From Dehalococcoidia bacterium (lineage in GTDB: Bacteria; Chloroflexota; Dehalococcoidia; UBA2979), in contig OZ244720.1 of NCBI GenBank assembly GCA_965219085.1, positions 2,848,001-2,912,000 of the forward strand: a stretch of DNA of 64,000 bases, given 5' to 3'. Made by a program: the position numbers and the translations under genes. Below, piece by piece: positions 29,730-39,398 of this stretch (its first letter is position 1; the number at the start of each line of letters is the position of its first letter). The notes below the pieces were generated by a model. The model saw nothing but the letters and a program-made list of their open reading frames with translations. It was not told the origin of the DNA and did no database searches.

Positions 29730-31082
29730 CTATCCGCCGTGCTCGGTCAGCAACTCACGGAGCAGCGCGGTCCCAACCTCGAGGAAGATCGAGAGGTCCT
29801 CGCGGAACACCGTGTCCAGGGTGTCGAGGGACGTGTGGATGAACTCCGAGCCCCCGCTGTGCACCGTGATCGACGGCACTCCCGCGCCCTCGAAGATCGT
29901 GTGATCCGAGGACGCGCCCATCGGGAAGTCGCCGACGGGGATGCCGTAGCCGAGCAGGTCGGCCACGGCCGCGCCACGCTCGGCGAGCGCGATGTCGCCC
30001 GGCACGAAGCGCGGCCCGTCGTGGGTCCGCTGCCCGATCCGCGCCACCATGTCGAAGTTGAGCATGAAGACCGTGTCGGACACGTCGTGCGCGTCCACGA
30101 ACGCCTGCGAGCCGAGCAACCCCACCTCCTCGGCGCCGAACGCGATCACGCACAGGCCCTCGACGCGATGCGTGCGGGCGAGCTCGATGATCAACGCCGT
30201 CCCCGAGGCGTTGTCGTTCGCTCCCGGGCCGTAGGGCACGGAGTCGTAGTGCGCGCCGAGGTATCCGCGGCACTCGCCGTTGCGCCCCACGACGTTCTGC
30301 GATGTCACTTCCCGCCTGCCAATGTCGGCCGTGACCGTGACCGGAGTGCCGTCCGCCGCCAGCGCGAGCAGCGCCTCGCGCGACTGGCCCGCGATGCCGA
30401 TCACGGGGATCGTCACGCTGGACAGTTCGCCGAGCGTGCCGCCAAAGAGTCCGGGGTCGTGGTTGACGATGACCACGCCCACGGCCCCCGAGTCCCGGGC
30501 GTTGGTCGCCTTGTCGCGGAACGGGACTACGCCGCGGTCGAGCAGGGCGATCGCCCCGCTCACGTCGACGCCCTCGAAATCCTCGGCGTCACCGAGACCG
30601 GCGTGGACAAGCGGCGCGGTCGCCTCGCCATTGCGGGAGCCGCCCAGCGCGAGCGCTTGCAGCGAAGGTCCCTCGCCCGCCGTCGCGAGCGAGGAGTGGT
30701 CGCCGCGGTACGTCGTGCCGAACTCCTCGATATCCACGACATAACCGGCGTCACGAAGCTGCGAGGCGATGTACTCGGCAGCCTCGCGCTCCGCGTCGGT
30801 CCCGGCGGGACGGATGCCAATGTCGACGGCGAGCACGCGCAGGTGCTCGAACGCACGGTCGACGTCGGGATCGCCCAGTTGCGAGCCCGTGAACACCGTC
30901 GACAGGTCGACGGTTGGTGTGGGCGTCGCGGTCGCCGGCGGGGCGGTCGCTGTCGGCGACGCGTCGGCCGGCGTGCGCGCCGGCGCGGTGGCGACGGCGT
31001 CGGACTCGTCGCCACCTGAACAGGCTGCGAGCAGGAGCGCGGCGAGCGCCAGCAGGAGCCATCGATGTGCGAAGTGCGTCAT
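29730..31082 (-). CDS. M28 family aminopeptidase lipoprotein with PA domain
   Basis: LLAAC lipobox; GAHYDSV, GANDNASG, GAEEVGLLGS, NFDM, SDH. Confidence 0.9.
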   Translation of the reverse strand: MTHFAHRWLLLALAALLLAACSGGDESDAVATAPARTPADASPTATAPPATATPTPTVDLSTVFTGSQLGDPDVDRAFEHLRVLAVDIGIRPAGTDAEREAAEYIASQLRDAGYVVDIEEFGTTYRGDHSSLATAGEGPSLQALALGGSRNGEATAPLVHAGLGDAEDFEGVDVSGAIALLDRGVVPFRDKATNARDSGAVGVVIVNHDPGLFGGTLGELSSVTIPVIGIAGQSREALLALAADGTPVTVTADIGRREVTSQNVVGRNGECRGYLGAHYDSVPYGPGANDNASGTALIIELARTHRVEGLCVIAFGAEEVGLLGSQAFVDAHDVSDTVFMLNFDMVARIGQRTHDGPRFVPGDIALAERGAAVADLLGYGIPVGDFPMGASSDHTIFEGAGVPSITVHSGGSEFIHTSLDTLDTVFREDLSIFLEVGTALLRELLTEHGG

Positions 31083-31150
31083 CTCACCCTCGGGGGGAGC
31101 GCCGGTGTCGTATCGGTGGTGGGAGCGAGCGACGGGGGTGCCCGCCGCTC

Positions 31151-32002
31151 CTAGCTTCGATCGTAAAACAAAAGCTGGCCCGCGTAACCCGCGTGATCGC
31201 CGAATCTGTCGCGAGCCCACTCGATCAGACGCACGTTCTGCCCCCCGGGTGTGTATGTCTTGCCGTAGTACTGCTTGAGGGCTGCGCCGATGTTGGTGTC
31301 CACCGGGAACGCCTCGGGCTTGTCGAGGGAGAACAGGCACACGCAGTCGGCAATCTTCGGACCGATGCCCCTGTAACTCATCAGTCGGCCCCGGGCTTGC
31401 TCGTGAGAGCGATGGATAAGGTCGTCCAGGTCCAGGAAGCCATCAGTGACATCCCTCCCGACGGTCCAAATCAGACGACCTCGGCCGAGCCCCAGCCGCA
31501 GGCTCCCCAATGCGTCCGCGCCAACCTCGAACAGGCGTTGAGCGGAGGGGAAGGCATTCAGTTGCACGTCATCCAGGGCCTGATCCTCACCGTACTTGTC
31601 GGCCAGCTGCCCTACGATCGCCGCGATCCCCTCGACGCTGTTGTTCTGTGAGCAGATGTAGGCAACGAGGCACTCCCATGGGTCTTGGCGTAGCAGCCGC
31701 ATCCCGCCGTGCTTCTCCACCAGCGTCGCCATCTTCGCGTCCACCTCACGGAGCGCGGCGTGGACAGGCTCGATGTTCTCGTCGAGGCGGAAGTAGTGCT
31801 CGACGTGGGAGCGGATCGACTCCTCGGGGACGTTGCTGCGGAACTCGATGCCGGCCTCGGAGTTGCGGACCTTGATCGCGTGGCCGCCGACGACGCCGTA
31901 GAGCCAGCCATCGCGCTCGCCCGCGCGCTCCGTCCAACGGAACGCCTGGTCGCGGAGCCAACCGACTTCGAGCTTGAAGGGGTGACGCGCCGGAAGCTCC
32001 AC
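31151..32002 (-). CDS. 8-oxoguanine DNA glycosylase (OGG1-type, HhH-GPD)
   Basis: QAFRW, GMRLLRQDPWECL..ICSQNN, GIGPKIADC, FPVDT, AGYAGQ; start approximate. Confidence 0.85.
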   Translation of the reverse strand: MELPARHPFKLEVGWLRDQAFRWTERAGERDGWLYGVVGGHAIKVRNSEAGIEFRSNVPEESIRSHVEHYFRLDENIEPVHAALREVDAKMATLVEKHGGMRLLRQDPWECLVAYICSQNNSVEGIAAIVGQLADKYGEDQALDDVQLNAFPSAQRLFEVGADALGSLRLGLGRGRLIWTVGRDVTDGFLDLDDLIHRSHEQARGRLMSYRGIGPKIADCVCLFSLDKPEAFPVDTNIGAALKQYYGKTYTPGGQNVRLIEWARDRFGDHAGYAGQLLFYDRS

Positions 32003-32004
32003 CG

Positions 32005-32433
32005 CTACCGCGCTTTGCGAGAGGCGAACCAGCGCCGGATGCGCGTTGCGAGGGTCTCGGAGGGGTACGAGATCGTGCGGCCTCGCCACTGCTTCGAGCG
32101 GGCGGCGCCGCCCTTGGCGCCGCCGAAGACCAGCAGCGCGCCGCTGGCGACGAGGAGCGCCACCCCGGCGAACAGCACCCACTGTCCGAGTCCGAACCCG
32201 CGGAAGAAGAACGACCCGAGGATCAACAGGAAGCTCAGCAGCACCAAGTGCGAGAGCGAGATCCTCGACAGCTCGCGGGCGACGGCGCGTTGACGCGCGG
32301 AGACCTGGTCGGCGACGCGGCGCAGGTGGCGCTTGAACGCGCGGTTGCGGCGTCGCTCGGGTGTGGGGAACTGCTCGATCTTGTCGAGGATCTCGTTGAT
32401 CTCGCGCTCGAGCCGGTCTTTGTCGTCGGCCAT
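32005..32433 (-). CDS. Hypothetical membrane protein
   Basis: ORF with two TM segments; TACAAT -10-like box upstream. Confidence 0.7.
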   Translation of the reverse strand: MADDKDRLEREINEILDKIEQFPTPERRRNRAFKRHLRRVADQVSARQRAVARELSRISLSHLVLLSFLLILGSFFFRGFGLGQWVLFAGVALLVASGALLVFGGAKGGAARSKQWRGRTISYPSETLATRIRRWFASRKAR

Positions 32434-32490
32434 GGGTAAGTCCCCGTCGCGACGCTCATTGTAGCAGTCGGCAGGTGCGCTGGGCGGTCG

Positions 32491-34101
32491 CTACGCCTGG
32501 ATCCCCCACCCGCCGCCGCCCGGCGTCTCGACGCGCACGCGGTCGCCGGGCTCGACCTCGACCTGCGCGCGCGCAGGCAGCTCGTGCGTCGACCCGTCGG
32601 CGCGCACGAGCACGTTGCGGCCCGGCTCGCCGTCAGCGCCGCCGGCGAGGCCCCATGGCGCGAAGCGACGTCGCTCGGTGACGAGCGTGACTGTCGCGCG
32701 GTCGTGGAACGCGTACTCGCGCACCAGGCCGTCGCCGCCACGGTGCAGGCCGTCGCCGCCCGACCCGGCGCGCACCTCGTAGCGCTCGACCGTGAACGGG
32801 TAGGCGAGGGGCAGCGCCTCGACGGGCGTGTTCATGGTGTTCGTCATGTGCGTGTGGACGGCCGGACGCCCCTCGCGCCGAGGGCCGCCGCCCGCGCCGC
32901 CCGCAATCGTCTCGTAGTACGCGTACGGGCGGCCGCGCGCGCGGTCGTAGCCGCCGATGGTGACGTTGTTCATCGTGCCCTGCGAGGCCGCGGGGATGCG
33001 CTCGGGCAGCGCGGCCGCGAGCGCGCCGAGCGCGACGTCCGTGATGCGCTGGGAGGTCTCGACGTTGCCAGCGGACACCGCGCGCGGCGGCCCCGCCGCG
33101 ACCACCGAGCGCTCCGGCAGCGTGAAGCGCACCGGACGGTAGCAGCCCTCGTTGGTGGGCACGTCGGGGCCGGCGAGGCAGCGGATCACGTAGTAGCAGG
33201 CCGAGCGCGTCACGGCGGCGACCGCGTTGAGCGAGGAGCGCTCGCTCTCCGGGTCGGTGCCCGTGAAGTCGAAGTGCACCGCGTCGCCGTCGACGGTGAC
33301 GGCGAGCCGGATCGCGAGCCCTTCGGCCTCGCGGCCAGGCGGACCGTCCTCGAGGCGGTCCTGGAAGCGGTACGTGCCGTCGGGGATGCCTGCGATGACG
33401 GCGCGGATGCTGCGCTCGCCGTGGTCGAGGAGCGCGGCGTAGCGCTGCGCCAGGCCGTCCTCGCCGAAGCGCTCGGCGGCCGCCCGCACGCGCCGCGCGC
33501 CGAGGGCGGTCGCCGCGAGCTGCGCGCGCAAGTCGCCTCGGCGCTCGTCCGGGGCGCGCGAGTTGCGCACGAACAGCGCGAGCGCCGACTCCTCGGGCAC
33601 GCCGGCGCGCACGAGCCGGATCGGCGGCACGACGAGGCCCTCCTGCAGCAACTCGGTCGCGACCGGCATCGAGCCCGGCGCCATCCCGCCGATGTCGGCG
33701 TGGTGGGCGCGCGTCGCGACGAACCCGATCAGCGCGCCGGACGCGCCGAAGACGGGCGCGACCGTCGTGAGGTCGGGCAGGTGTGTGCCGCCGAGGAACG
33801 GGTCGTTGACCGCGCAGACGTCGCCGGGCTCGAACGGCCCGAGCTCCATCACCGCCAGCACCGACGCGGGCATCGACCCGAGGTGTACGGGCATATGCGC
33901 CGCCTGCGCGACCATCGCACCATCGGGGTCGAAGACCGCGCACGAGAAGTCGCGCCGCTCCTTGATGTTCGGCGAGTACGCGGTGCGCCCCAGCGCCTCG
34001 CCCATCTCCTCGGCGATCGAGGACAAGACGGCGTCGGCGATGGCGAGGTCGGCGGCGGAGAGCGCGTCGAGGGGCGCCGGTCGGCCGCGTCCCGTGGTCA
34101 T
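32491..34101 (-). CDS. Hydantoinase B / oxoprolinase family protein
   Basis: SPNIKERRDFSC, HMPVHLGSM, NDPFLGGTHLPD, HHADIGG, TPGGGG. Confidence 0.93.
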   Translation of the reverse strand: MTTGRGRPAPLDALSAADLAIADAVLSSIAEEMGEALGRTAYSPNIKERRDFSCAVFDPDGAMVAQAAHMPVHLGSMPASVLAVMELGPFEPGDVCAVNDPFLGGTHLPDLTTVAPVFGASGALIGFVATRAHHADIGGMAPGSMPVATELLQEGLVVPPIRLVRAGVPEESALALFVRNSRAPDERRGDLRAQLAATALGARRVRAAAERFGEDGLAQRYAALLDHGERSIRAVIAGIPDGTYRFQDRLEDGPPGREAEGLAIRLAVTVDGDAVHFDFTGTDPESERSSLNAVAAVTRSACYYVIRCLAGPDVPTNEGCYRPVRFTLPERSVVAAGPPRAVSAGNVETSQRITDVALGALAAALPERIPAASQGTMNNVTIGGYDRARGRPYAYYETIAGGAGGGPRREGRPAVHTHMTNTMNTPVEALPLAYPFTVERYEVRAGSGGDGLHRGGDGLVREYAFHDRATVTLVTERRRFAPWGLAGGADGEPGRNVLVRADGSTHELPARAQVEVEPGDRVRVETPGGGGWGIQA

Positions 34102-36083
34102 CGTCGCTCCAGCAGCAGGTTGCCTTGATCGTCCACCGTCGCCGCCCAGCCAGGCGCGATCACCGTCGTCGAGTCGAGCTGCGCGACCAGCGCGGGGCCA
34201 TCGAGGCGGTCGCCGGGGCGCAGCGACGCGCGGTCGACGAGCTGCGCGGACTGCGCGTGGCCGTCGAACCACGCCTCGACGGCGGCGGGCGCGGCGCCCT
34301 CGGCGTCGAACGCGGGCTCCGGCGCGGTCGCGCCCGTGGCGGCGCGCGCCGTCGCGCGCACGTTCACCACCTCGAGAGGCGCCGAGGCGTCCTGGTGCGC
34401 GAAGCGCGCTTCGTGCAGCGCGTGGAAGTCGGTCCGGGCGCGCTCGAACGCTTCGGCGGACTCGATGCCGTCGAGGTCCACGGTCAGCTCGTAGGACTGG
34501 CCGAGGTAGCGGACGTCGAGCGCCCAGTGCAGGTCGGCGCCGGGCCGGTCGAGTTGCTCGGCCGCCTCGCGCCCGGCTGCGGCGAGCGCGTCGCGTAGTG
34601 CGCCCGCAGCGGACGGGTCGAGGGGGAGCAGCACTGATCGGGCCAAGGTCGCCGTGAGATCGCTACCCGCCGCGCCGAGCGCGGCGATGACGCCGGGCGC
34701 CATCGGCACGAGCACCCGTGGCACGTCGACGGCGTCGGCGAGCGCGCAGGCGTGGAGCGGCCCCGCGCCGCCGAACGCGACGAGCGTGAACTCGCGAGGG
34801 TCGAAGCCGCGCTGCACCGAGACCACGCGCAGCGCGCGCTCCATGTTCGCCACGGCCACGTCGAGCACGGCCTGCGCGGCGCGCTCGATCTCGCCGCCGA
34901 ACGCGCCCGCGACGTTCGACGCGGCCTGGCGCGAGCGTTCGGCGTCGAGCGCCATCGCGCCGCCGAGCAGGCCCGCGGGCGGCAGCCGGCCGAGCAACAG
35001 GTTGGCGTCGGTGATCGTGAAGTCCTCGCCGCGGCCGTAGGCGGCGGGGCCGGGGTCGGCGCCGGCCGACTGCGGGCCGACGTGGAGCGCGCCGCCGGCG
35101 TCGAGGCGCGCGATCGAGCCGCCGCCCGCGCCGACCGTGTGCACGTCGACGGCGGGAGTGCGCGCGGGCAGCCCGGCCACTTCGATGTCCGCGCGGGCGG
35201 GCAGCGTGCCGTCACAGAGCGCGACATCGGTGGAGGTGCCGCCCATGTCGAAGGTGATGACGCGGTCGAAGCCCGCGCGTCGTGCGATCTGGAACGCGCC
35301 CGCGACGCCGGCGGCCGGGCCGGAGAGCAGCGTCGCCACCGGCAGCGCCGAGGCGCGCTGTGGTGTCGCCGAGCCGCCATCGGACTGCACGACGCGCAGC
35401 GTCCCGGCGCCCCGCTCAGCCAGGCCTGCCTCGAGGCGGGCGAGGTACGCCGACATGACCGGGCCGACGTACGCGTTGAGCACCGTCGTCGCGGTGCGCT
35501 CGACCTCGCGGTACTCGGGTGAGACGCGCGAGGAGAGCGAGACGTAGAGCCCGGCCTCGGCCGCGAGGTCCTCGAAGCGCCGTTCGTGCTCGCCGTTGGC
35601 GTACGCGTAGAGCAGCGAGACGGCGAGCGCCTCCGCGTCCGCGTCCACCGCCGCCTGCACGAGCGCGCGCACCTCGGCCTCATCGGCGGAGCGCTCGACG
35701 GAGCCGTCAGGCCGGAGTCGCGCACTCAGCTCCAGCCGGCGCTCGCTCGGGACGAGGGGGTCGGGCGTGACGGGTTCGAGGTCGTAGATGTCGGGCCGGG
35801 TCTGGCGGCCGATGATGAGCAGGTCGCGCATGCCCTCGGTCGCGACGAGCGCCGTGCGCGCGCCGCGCCGCTGGATCACGGTGTTCGTCGCCACTGTCGA
35901 GCCGTGGACGACGAGGTCAGGCGCGACGCCGAGTACGTCGATGCCGGCGAGCACGGCGCGCGAGGGGTCGTCGGGTGTCGAGGGGCGTTTGTGCAGCTCG
36001 ACGGCGCCGTCGCGCCAGAGCACGAAGTCGGTGAAGGTGCCGCCGACGTCGACGCCCAGCAGGGCGGAGCCGTGCTCACCCAT
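34098..36083 (-). CDS. Hydantoinase A / oxoprolinase family protein
   Basis: DVGGTFTD, HGSTVATN, SGPAAG, DMGGTSTD, GAGGGS, FGGAGPLH. Confidence 0.93.
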   Translation of the reverse strand: MGEHGSALLGVDVGGTFTDFVLWRDGAVELHKRPSTPDDPSRAVLAGIDVLGVAPDLVVHGSTVATNTVIQRRGARTALVATEGMRDLLIIGRQTRPDIYDLEPVTPDPLVPSERRLELSARLRPDGSVERSADEAEVRALVQAAVDADAEALAVSLLYAYANGEHERRFEDLAAEAGLYVSLSSRVSPEYREVERTATTVLNAYVGPVMSAYLARLEAGLAERGAGTLRVVQSDGGSATPQRASALPVATLLSGPAAGVAGAFQIARRAGFDRVITFDMGGTSTDVALCDGTLPARADIEVAGLPARTPAVDVHTVGAGGGSIARLDAGGALHVGPQSAGADPGPAAYGRGEDFTITDANLLLGRLPPAGLLGGAMALDAERSRQAASNVAGAFGGEIERAAQAVLDVAVANMERALRVVSVQRGFDPREFTLVAFGGAGPLHACALADAVDVPRVLVPMAPGVIAALGAAGSDLTATLARSVLLPLDPSAAGALRDALAAAGREAAEQLDRPGADLHWALDVRYLGQSYELTVDLDGIESAEAFERARTDFHALHEARFAHQDASAPLEVVNVRATARAATGATAPEPAFDAEGAAPAAVEAWFDGHAQSAQLVDRASLRPGDRLDGPALVAQLDSTTVIAPGWAATVDDQGNLLLERR

Positions 36084-36277
36084 CGCTGCTGGCAATGGTG
36101 GCGATGGCAGGGGCGCGGCTCGGCGTCATGGCTGCATCGTACCAGCGCCCGCGCGCGCATCGCGCGCGCATCGGAGCCGTACAGCGCGTGGCTTGACCCT
36201 GCCACGGCGACGCGGATAGCGTGGGTTGCCGGCGCGCACGCGCCCCTCGACGCGAGCACACACGGGAGACCGATTCG

Positions 36278-36961
36278 ATGCCAGATCGATACTCAGTGAC
36301 TGCACGGTCGGTGTTGGGCAAGCGCGCCAAGCGGCTGCGCTGGGACGGCATCTTGCCGGGCAACGTCTACGGCCGTGGCCTCGAGTCGGTGGCGGTGCAA
36401 CTTCCGTACCGCGGGGCCGAGACCATCATGTCCGAGCACGGCCTGAGCTCGCTCATTGAGATCGAGATCGAGGGCGAGGACACGGTGCGGCCCGTGGTGG
36501 TGCGCGCCGTGCAGCGCCACCCGCTGACGCGCGAACTACAGCACCTCGACTTCTACCAGGTGGACCTGTCGCGGCTGATGCAGGCGATGGTGCCGATCAC
36601 GGTGACCGGCGAGGCGCCCGCGGTGCACACCTACCAGGGCGTCGTGATCACCGGCGCGGACCACGTCTCGGTGCAGGCACTCCCCGCCGACATTCCCGGC
36701 CACCTGGAGATCAACATCGACGGGCTCGAGGAGCTGGACGACCAGCTCACCGTCGCAGACCTCGACCTGCCGGGCGGCATCTCGTTACTGACCGAGCCCG
36801 ACATCATGATCGTCCGCGTCCAGCGCCCCCGGAAGATCGAGGACGCCGTCGAGGAAGCCGAACTGCTCGAAGGCGAAGAGGGCGAGCTCGCCGAGGGCGA
36901 GGAGGCTCTGGACGGCGAGGACTCCGAAGGCGACAGCGAGGAGCGAGCCGCTCCTCGCTAA
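36278..36961 (+). CDS. rplY: 50S ribosomal protein L25/Ctc
   Basis: LPGNVYG, VQRHPL, HLDFY; acidic tail. Confidence 0.92.
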   Translation: MPDRYSVTARSVLGKRAKRLRWDGILPGNVYGRGLESVAVQLPYRGAETIMSEHGLSSLIEIEIEGEDTVRPVVVRAVQRHPLTRELQHLDFYQVDLSRLMQAMVPITVTGEAPAVHTYQGVVITGADHVSVQALPADIPGHLEINIDGLEELDDQLTVADLDLPGGISLLTEPDIMIVRVQRPRKIEDAVEEAELLEGEEGELAEGEEALDGEDSEGDSEERAAPR

Positions 36962-38097
36962 GCGTTTCCGGGTTCCACCACGGCCAGCGGCTGCGGCGTC
37001 TTGCCCAGCGCCACGTCCGTGCGGAGTTGCCCGCACGCCGCCGCGATCTCCGCGCCTCGCTCGATGCGTACCGTCGCGTTGATGCCCGCCGCCTGCAGCT
37101 CGCGCTGGAACGCGCGCACGCGGGCCGTCGAGGGGCGTCGCAGGCCCTCGCCCGCCGTCGGGTTGTACGGGATGAGGTTCACGTGCGCGCGCATCCCGCG
37201 CACGCGCGCGGCAAGGCGGCGCGCCTGCTCGGGGGCGTCGTTGACGCCTTCGAGGAGTGCGTAGGCGAACGTGACACGCCGCCCGGTGCGCTCGACGTAC
37301 TCGCGTGAGGCGTCGAGGAGCCCGGCGATCGTCACGCCGCCCGCGGTGGGGATGAGCTGGCGCCGCAAGTCGTCGTCGGGGGCGTGCAGCGAGACGGTGA
37401 GGCCGACCTGCAGTCCCTCGCCGGCGAGGCGGCGGATGGGGCCCTCGAGGCCGACGGTCGAGATCGTGATGCCACGCGCCCGCATGTCGAGGCCGTGCGG
37501 CTCGATGAGCCAACGCACGGCTCGCAGCGTCGGACCGTAGTTCGCGAGCGGCTCGCCCATGCCCATGAACACGACGTTCGAGATGGGTTGATCGGGAGTG
37601 CCGCGGGTGAAGTGCAGCACCTGCGCGAGGATCTCGGCGGTCGTGAGGTTGCGCGTGAAGCCCTGCTGGCCGGTGGCGCAGAAGACGCACCCCATCGCGC
37701 AGCCCGCCTGCGTCGAGACGCAGACGGTGGCGCGGCGGCGCGTGCCCATGACGTGCTCGGACCGCTCCGGGTCGTAGTCCATCCGCACCGCCTCGACGGC
37801 GTCGCCCGCGGAGAACGCAGGTGCGCCGCGCGGCGGATCTCCGAGGCCGAGCAGCACCTTCGTCGTGCCCCCGTCGTCGGCGGCGGTGCGGGCGAGCTCG
37901 GGTGGTGGCGCCAGCGTGTAGGTCTCGGCGAGGCGCGCCCGCAGTTGGAGCGGCAGGTCCGTCATCGCGTCGAACGACGTCACGCCCTCGCGCAGCGCCC
38001 AGCGGGCGATCTGGCGCGAGCGATACGCGGGCTCACCCCACGTGACGAGGCGAGCTTCGATCTCTGCGAGTGAGTCGTCGAGCAGGTGGGCGGGCAC
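36958..38097 (-). CDS. rlmN: 23S rRNA m2A2503 methyltransferase (radical SAM)
   Basis: CVSTQAGCAMGCVFCATG, MGMGEP, SLHAP, NLIPYN, AACGQL. Confidence 0.96.
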   Translation of the reverse strand: MPAHLLDDSLAEIEARLVTWGEPAYRSRQIARWALREGVTSFDAMTDLPLQLRARLAETYTLAPPPELARTAADDGGTTKVLLGLGDPPRGAPAFSAGDAVEAVRMDYDPERSEHVMGTRRRATVCVSTQAGCAMGCVFCATGQQGFTRNLTTAEILAQVLHFTRGTPDQPISNVVFMGMGEPLANYGPTLRAVRWLIEPHGLDMRARGITISTVGLEGPIRRLAGEGLQVGLTVSLHAPDDDLRRQLIPTAGGVTIAGLLDASREYVERTGRRVTFAYALLEGVNDAPEQARRLAARVRGMRAHVNLIPYNPTAGEGLRRPSTARVRAFQRELQAAGINATVRIERGAEIAAACGQLRTDVALGKTPQPLAVVEPGNA

Positions 38098-38122
38098 GGA
38101 TCGAGTCTAGCAGCCGGGCCGG

Positions 38123-39094
38123 CTACGCCTCGCCGCCGAGGCGCGCGCCGATCAGCGCGCGGTCGCCATTGAGGTAGTCCTCGATCTCCAGCGCGCGCCG
38201 GCCCGCGCGCTGCACGCGTAGCAGCGCGAGGCCGCCCTCGCCACACGCCACCACGGCGCGCGCGACGCGGCCGGGCAGCAGGTCGCTCAGCGGCGCGGCG
38301 TTGCCGGCACAGACCTCACCCGGCGCGGCGCTCTCCGGGGCCGCGACGGGCCACGCGGCGTGGATCGTGAACGGCGCGCCGCGGTACGTCGTCGTCGCCT
38401 GCGGCCACGGCTGCATCGCGCGCACGCGCCGCCACAGCTCCTCGGCCGGCCGTGACCAGTCGAGGGCGCCGTCGGCCTTCGCGAGCGTTGGCGCGTACGT
38501 CACGAGCGTCTCGTCCTGCGGCGTCGCCTCGAATTCCCCCTCGACCCACGGCCCGAGGAGCTCGAGCATCCGCCGCGCGCCGAGCTCGGCGATGCGGTCG
38601 GTGAGCGTGGCGGTGTCGTCGAGCGGCTCGATCAGCGTGGCGATCGTGCCCAGCACCGGTCCCGCGTCGAGTTCGCGCACGATCCGCATGATCGTCGCCC
38701 CCGCCTCGGCGTCGCCGGCGAGGATCGCCGCGGCCCCGGGCGACGCCCCCCGGTGCCGCGGCAGCAGCGAGGCGTGCACGTTCAGCACGCCGTGCGGAAA
38801 CGCCTCTAGCAGGTGCGTCGGGAGGATGTGCGCGGATGCGGCGAGGACGCCAACGTCCGCACCGAAGGCGGCGATCTCCGCCGTCTGCTCGCGGCGGATG
38901 CGCTGCGGGGTCAGCACCGGCACGCCCGCGTCGGCGGCGAGGCGCTTCACCGGCGTCGCGACGGCCGTACCGGAGCGCCCACGCGGGCGGTCGGGCTGCG
39001 TGACGGCCGCGACGACCTCGACCTCGGGCGCGTCGAGGAGCCCTCGCAGCGTCGGGAGGGCGTAGTCGGGCGAGCCGAAGAAGACGACGCGCAT
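38123..39094 (-). CDS. fmt: Methionyl-tRNA formyltransferase
   Basis: VFFGSP, TQPDRP, NVHASLLPRHRGASP, LDAGP. Confidence 0.96.
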   Translation of the reverse strand: MRVVFFGSPDYALPTLRGLLDAPEVEVVAAVTQPDRPRGRSGTAVATPVKRLAADAGVPVLTPQRIRREQTAEIAAFGADVGVLAASAHILPTHLLEAFPHGVLNVHASLLPRHRGASPGAAAILAGDAEAGATIMRIVRELDAGPVLGTIATLIEPLDDTATLTDRIAELGARRMLELLGPWVEGEFEATPQDETLVTYAPTLAKADGALDWSRPAEELWRRVRAMQPWPQATTTYRGAPFTIHAAWPVAAPESAAPGEVCAGNAAPLSDLLPGRVARAVVACGEGGLALLRVQRAGRRALEIEDYLNGDRALIGARLGGEA

Positions 39095-39128
39095 CAGCGG
39101 AACCGTAGCAGGGTGGCCGTGGCGGGCG

Positions 39129-39353
39129 TCAGGTGACGGTCACCGCCCACAGCGCAAAGCCGATGAAGACGATCACGACGACGATCGTGAGGCGGTGCAG
39201 CGACTTCTGGATGCCTCGACGCGTGCGGAAGCTCTGATCGGCCCCGCCGAGCGCCGCCCCGAAGCCCGTGCCCTTCACCTGCATGAGCACGATCACGACC
39301 AGGACGATCGCGACGAGGATCTGTGCGATGTGGAGGAAGAAGGTGAGTTCCAT
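39129..39353 (-). CDS. secG: Preprotein translocase subunit SecG
   Basis: Two TMs with the LMQVKGTGFG..GG..FRTRRG linker. Confidence 0.9.
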   Translation of the reverse strand: MELTFFLHIAQILVAIVLVVIVLMQVKGTGFGAALGGADQSFRTRRGIQKSLHRLTIVVVIVFIGFALWAVTVT

Positions 39354-39398
39354 CGTGCTCCGAGGCTAGCCGCCGCGCGCGGCCTGGGGCAACCGCGC